Of a DNA stretch of 64,000 nt, positions 60,733 through 64,000 are shown in pieces; within the stretch, counting starts at the first letter, position 1, and each line of letters starts with the position of its first letter. Source of the stretch: the human T2T-CHM13v2.0 reference genome, Homo sapiens. The stretch lies in the NCBI RefSeq assembly GCF_009914755.1, contig NC_060941.1; one strand, 5' to 3'. The translations under genes were made by a program, and so were the position numbers. The notes under the pieces are model-generated. The model was not told the DNA's origin, made no database searches, and saw only the letters and a program-made list of their open reading frames with translations.

Positions 60733-61098
60733 TAAACTGGCCTCAAACTTCTGACCCCAAGTGATCCACCTGCCTTGGCCTCCCAAAGTGCTGACATAGG
60801 CATGAGCCTCCTTTCCCAGACTTCCCTCCTTTTCCTTCAGGGATTTTAAATGTTTTCTTTCCTCCATCTATTTAATAATATGTGATTGCCTTGAGGATTT
60901 CAACTTGAATTAAAATTACATATATTTACCTGTCTTTATTAATATTGAAACATATTAAAATAATACATGTTCATAATGAAAATGAAACATTACAAATTAA
61001 TACACAGGAAAGGCAGTATTCCCCTTCCAGTTCCACCCTTGAAATAACCAGTTAACAAGATGATGAGCATCTTTCCATGATGTTCTCCAAGAGATTCA

Positions 61099-61290
<192 letters not shown>

Positions 61291-61511
61291 TTAATCCCAG
61301 CTACTTGGGAGGTGGAGGTACAAGAATCTCTTGAACCCGGGAGGAGAAGGTTGCAGTGAGCCAATATCGCATTACTGCACTCCAACCTGGGTGACAGACT
61401 GAGATTCCATCTCAATAAATAAGTAAATACATAAAATAAAGAGAAAAAAAGAAAGAAAAAAGAAAAAGAAGAAAGAAAGAAGAAAGAAAGAAAGAGAAAG
61501 AAAGAAAGAAA

Positions 61512-62817
<1,306 letters not shown>

Positions 62818-62820
62818 AAA

Positions 62821-62860
<40 letters not shown>

Positions 62861-64000
62861 GAAAGAAAGGAAGAAAGAAAGAAAAAGAGAGAAGTCTTGT
62901 GCTCAGGTTGCTAAGATCGATGGTAAGAACAAATCCTCTAGCGGTGAAAATGTAAGAAGGAAAAAGAAATTTCTGTTAGTGTTGTTTGTTGCACCCCAAG
63001 CTCTAAAAAGTACAGCCACGTGTGTGATAAGTGCTTAGTTAAGATGAAAAAGGCATTAAATTTGTGCGTGGAAATCATAAACAGAAATGCGTTCTGATTG
63101 ACAGCAATTGGGTCAATGCTACCCAAGTTTCAGACATCCACTGCACGTCTCCTGCAGATAAGGGAGGGCTACTATATAACGTTTCTTTCTTTTTTCTTTA
63201 ATTGTAAAGCATTCTCCTTTTTTAATATAACAATTGGCCACATATATCACTTTAGATATAAAGATATTAGGATACCATTATAGTAGATAAAAAGCTAACT
63301 CATTCTTTGTAAGAGTTAAAGTATCTTTCATTATATGAGCATTTAAGATATTAAAGTACTTTTGCCACCAAAAATAGTGCTTCTGTAAATATTCTTTTAC
63401 TTATATCTCTATTAATTTTTACTTCTGCTGAAACGAATTGTATGAGCAAACAAGTGTATGTGTATAAAGTGTGATATATGTATATATATTTAATATGTGT
63501 ATATACAACTTAATATATACACATACATACAAAAACATATACAATTTTTTTGTTTTGTTTTTTGAGATGGAGTTTTGCTCTCTCATCCAGGCTGGAGTGC
63601 GGTGGCGTGATCTCGGCTCACTGCAACTTCCACTGCTTGGTTCAAGTGATCCTCCTGCCTCAGCCTCCTGAGTAGCTGGGAATACAGGCATCTGCCACCA
63701 TGTCCAGCTAACTTTGTTTTTTTAGTGGAGATGGGTTTTCACCATGTTGGCCAGGCTGCTCTCAAACTCCTGACCTCAACTGATCCGCCCACCTTGGCCT
63801 CCCTAACTGCTGGAATTACAGGCATGAGCCACCGTGCCTGACCTCAAGTGATCCACCCACCTTGGCCTCCCAAAATGCTGGAATTACAGGCATGAGCCAC
63901 CGTGCCCAGCCTAACATATACAATTTAATGTATATACAAATATAGGTTGGGTGCGGTGGCTCACTCCTGTAATCCTAGCACTTTGGGAAGCTAAGGTAGG

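Noticed and set aside
63770-63910. About 67-bp tandem duplication inside an Alu (also short ones at ~39850 and ~40405)
   Set aside because: Ordinary slippage with no functional signal.

Overview
Primate (human or African great ape) genomic DNA, judged from dense Alus including AluY types and an L1 with L1PA2-type 3' diagnostics. It is not microbial: I found no intact conventional protein gene, RNA gene or CRISPR array, and almost all ORFs in the track are repeat-derived. The window reads as a segmental-duplication mosaic of the kind found in pericentromeric or acrocentric regions; I cannot fix the locus without an alignment. (1) 1-1260: a degraded FERMT3 (kindlin-3) processed pseudogene with an inverted copy of part of itself inserted into it. 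(2) 1.3-19 kb: AT-rich old L1, Alu, MER52 and MADE1 sequence plus two oppositely oriented SATR-type 18-bp satellite blocks. (3) 20.2-27.9 kb: four diverged ~2.2-kb SST1/NBL2(MER22)-type macrosatellite monomers (FAM27-like). Three of them keep NRF1-type promoter motifs and a GT-AG intron. (4) An old direct duplication, ~30.25-35.8 kb versus ~57.04-64 kb, carrying a ZNF-type promoter and first exon. (5) 43.7-54.9 kb: a 5' fragment of a ZNF850-like KRAB zinc-finger gene bounded by truncated Alus. It has a TCTCGCGAGA promoter and open ATG, KRAB-A and KRAB-B exons, but no zinc-finger exon. The best candidate for new biology is this KRAB-only gene, whose KRAB-B exon can splice in frame into an antisense-Alu acceptor and a captured fragment (predicted 162 aa). 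All family assignments come from remembered consensus sequences and need RepeatMasker/BLAST confirmation.
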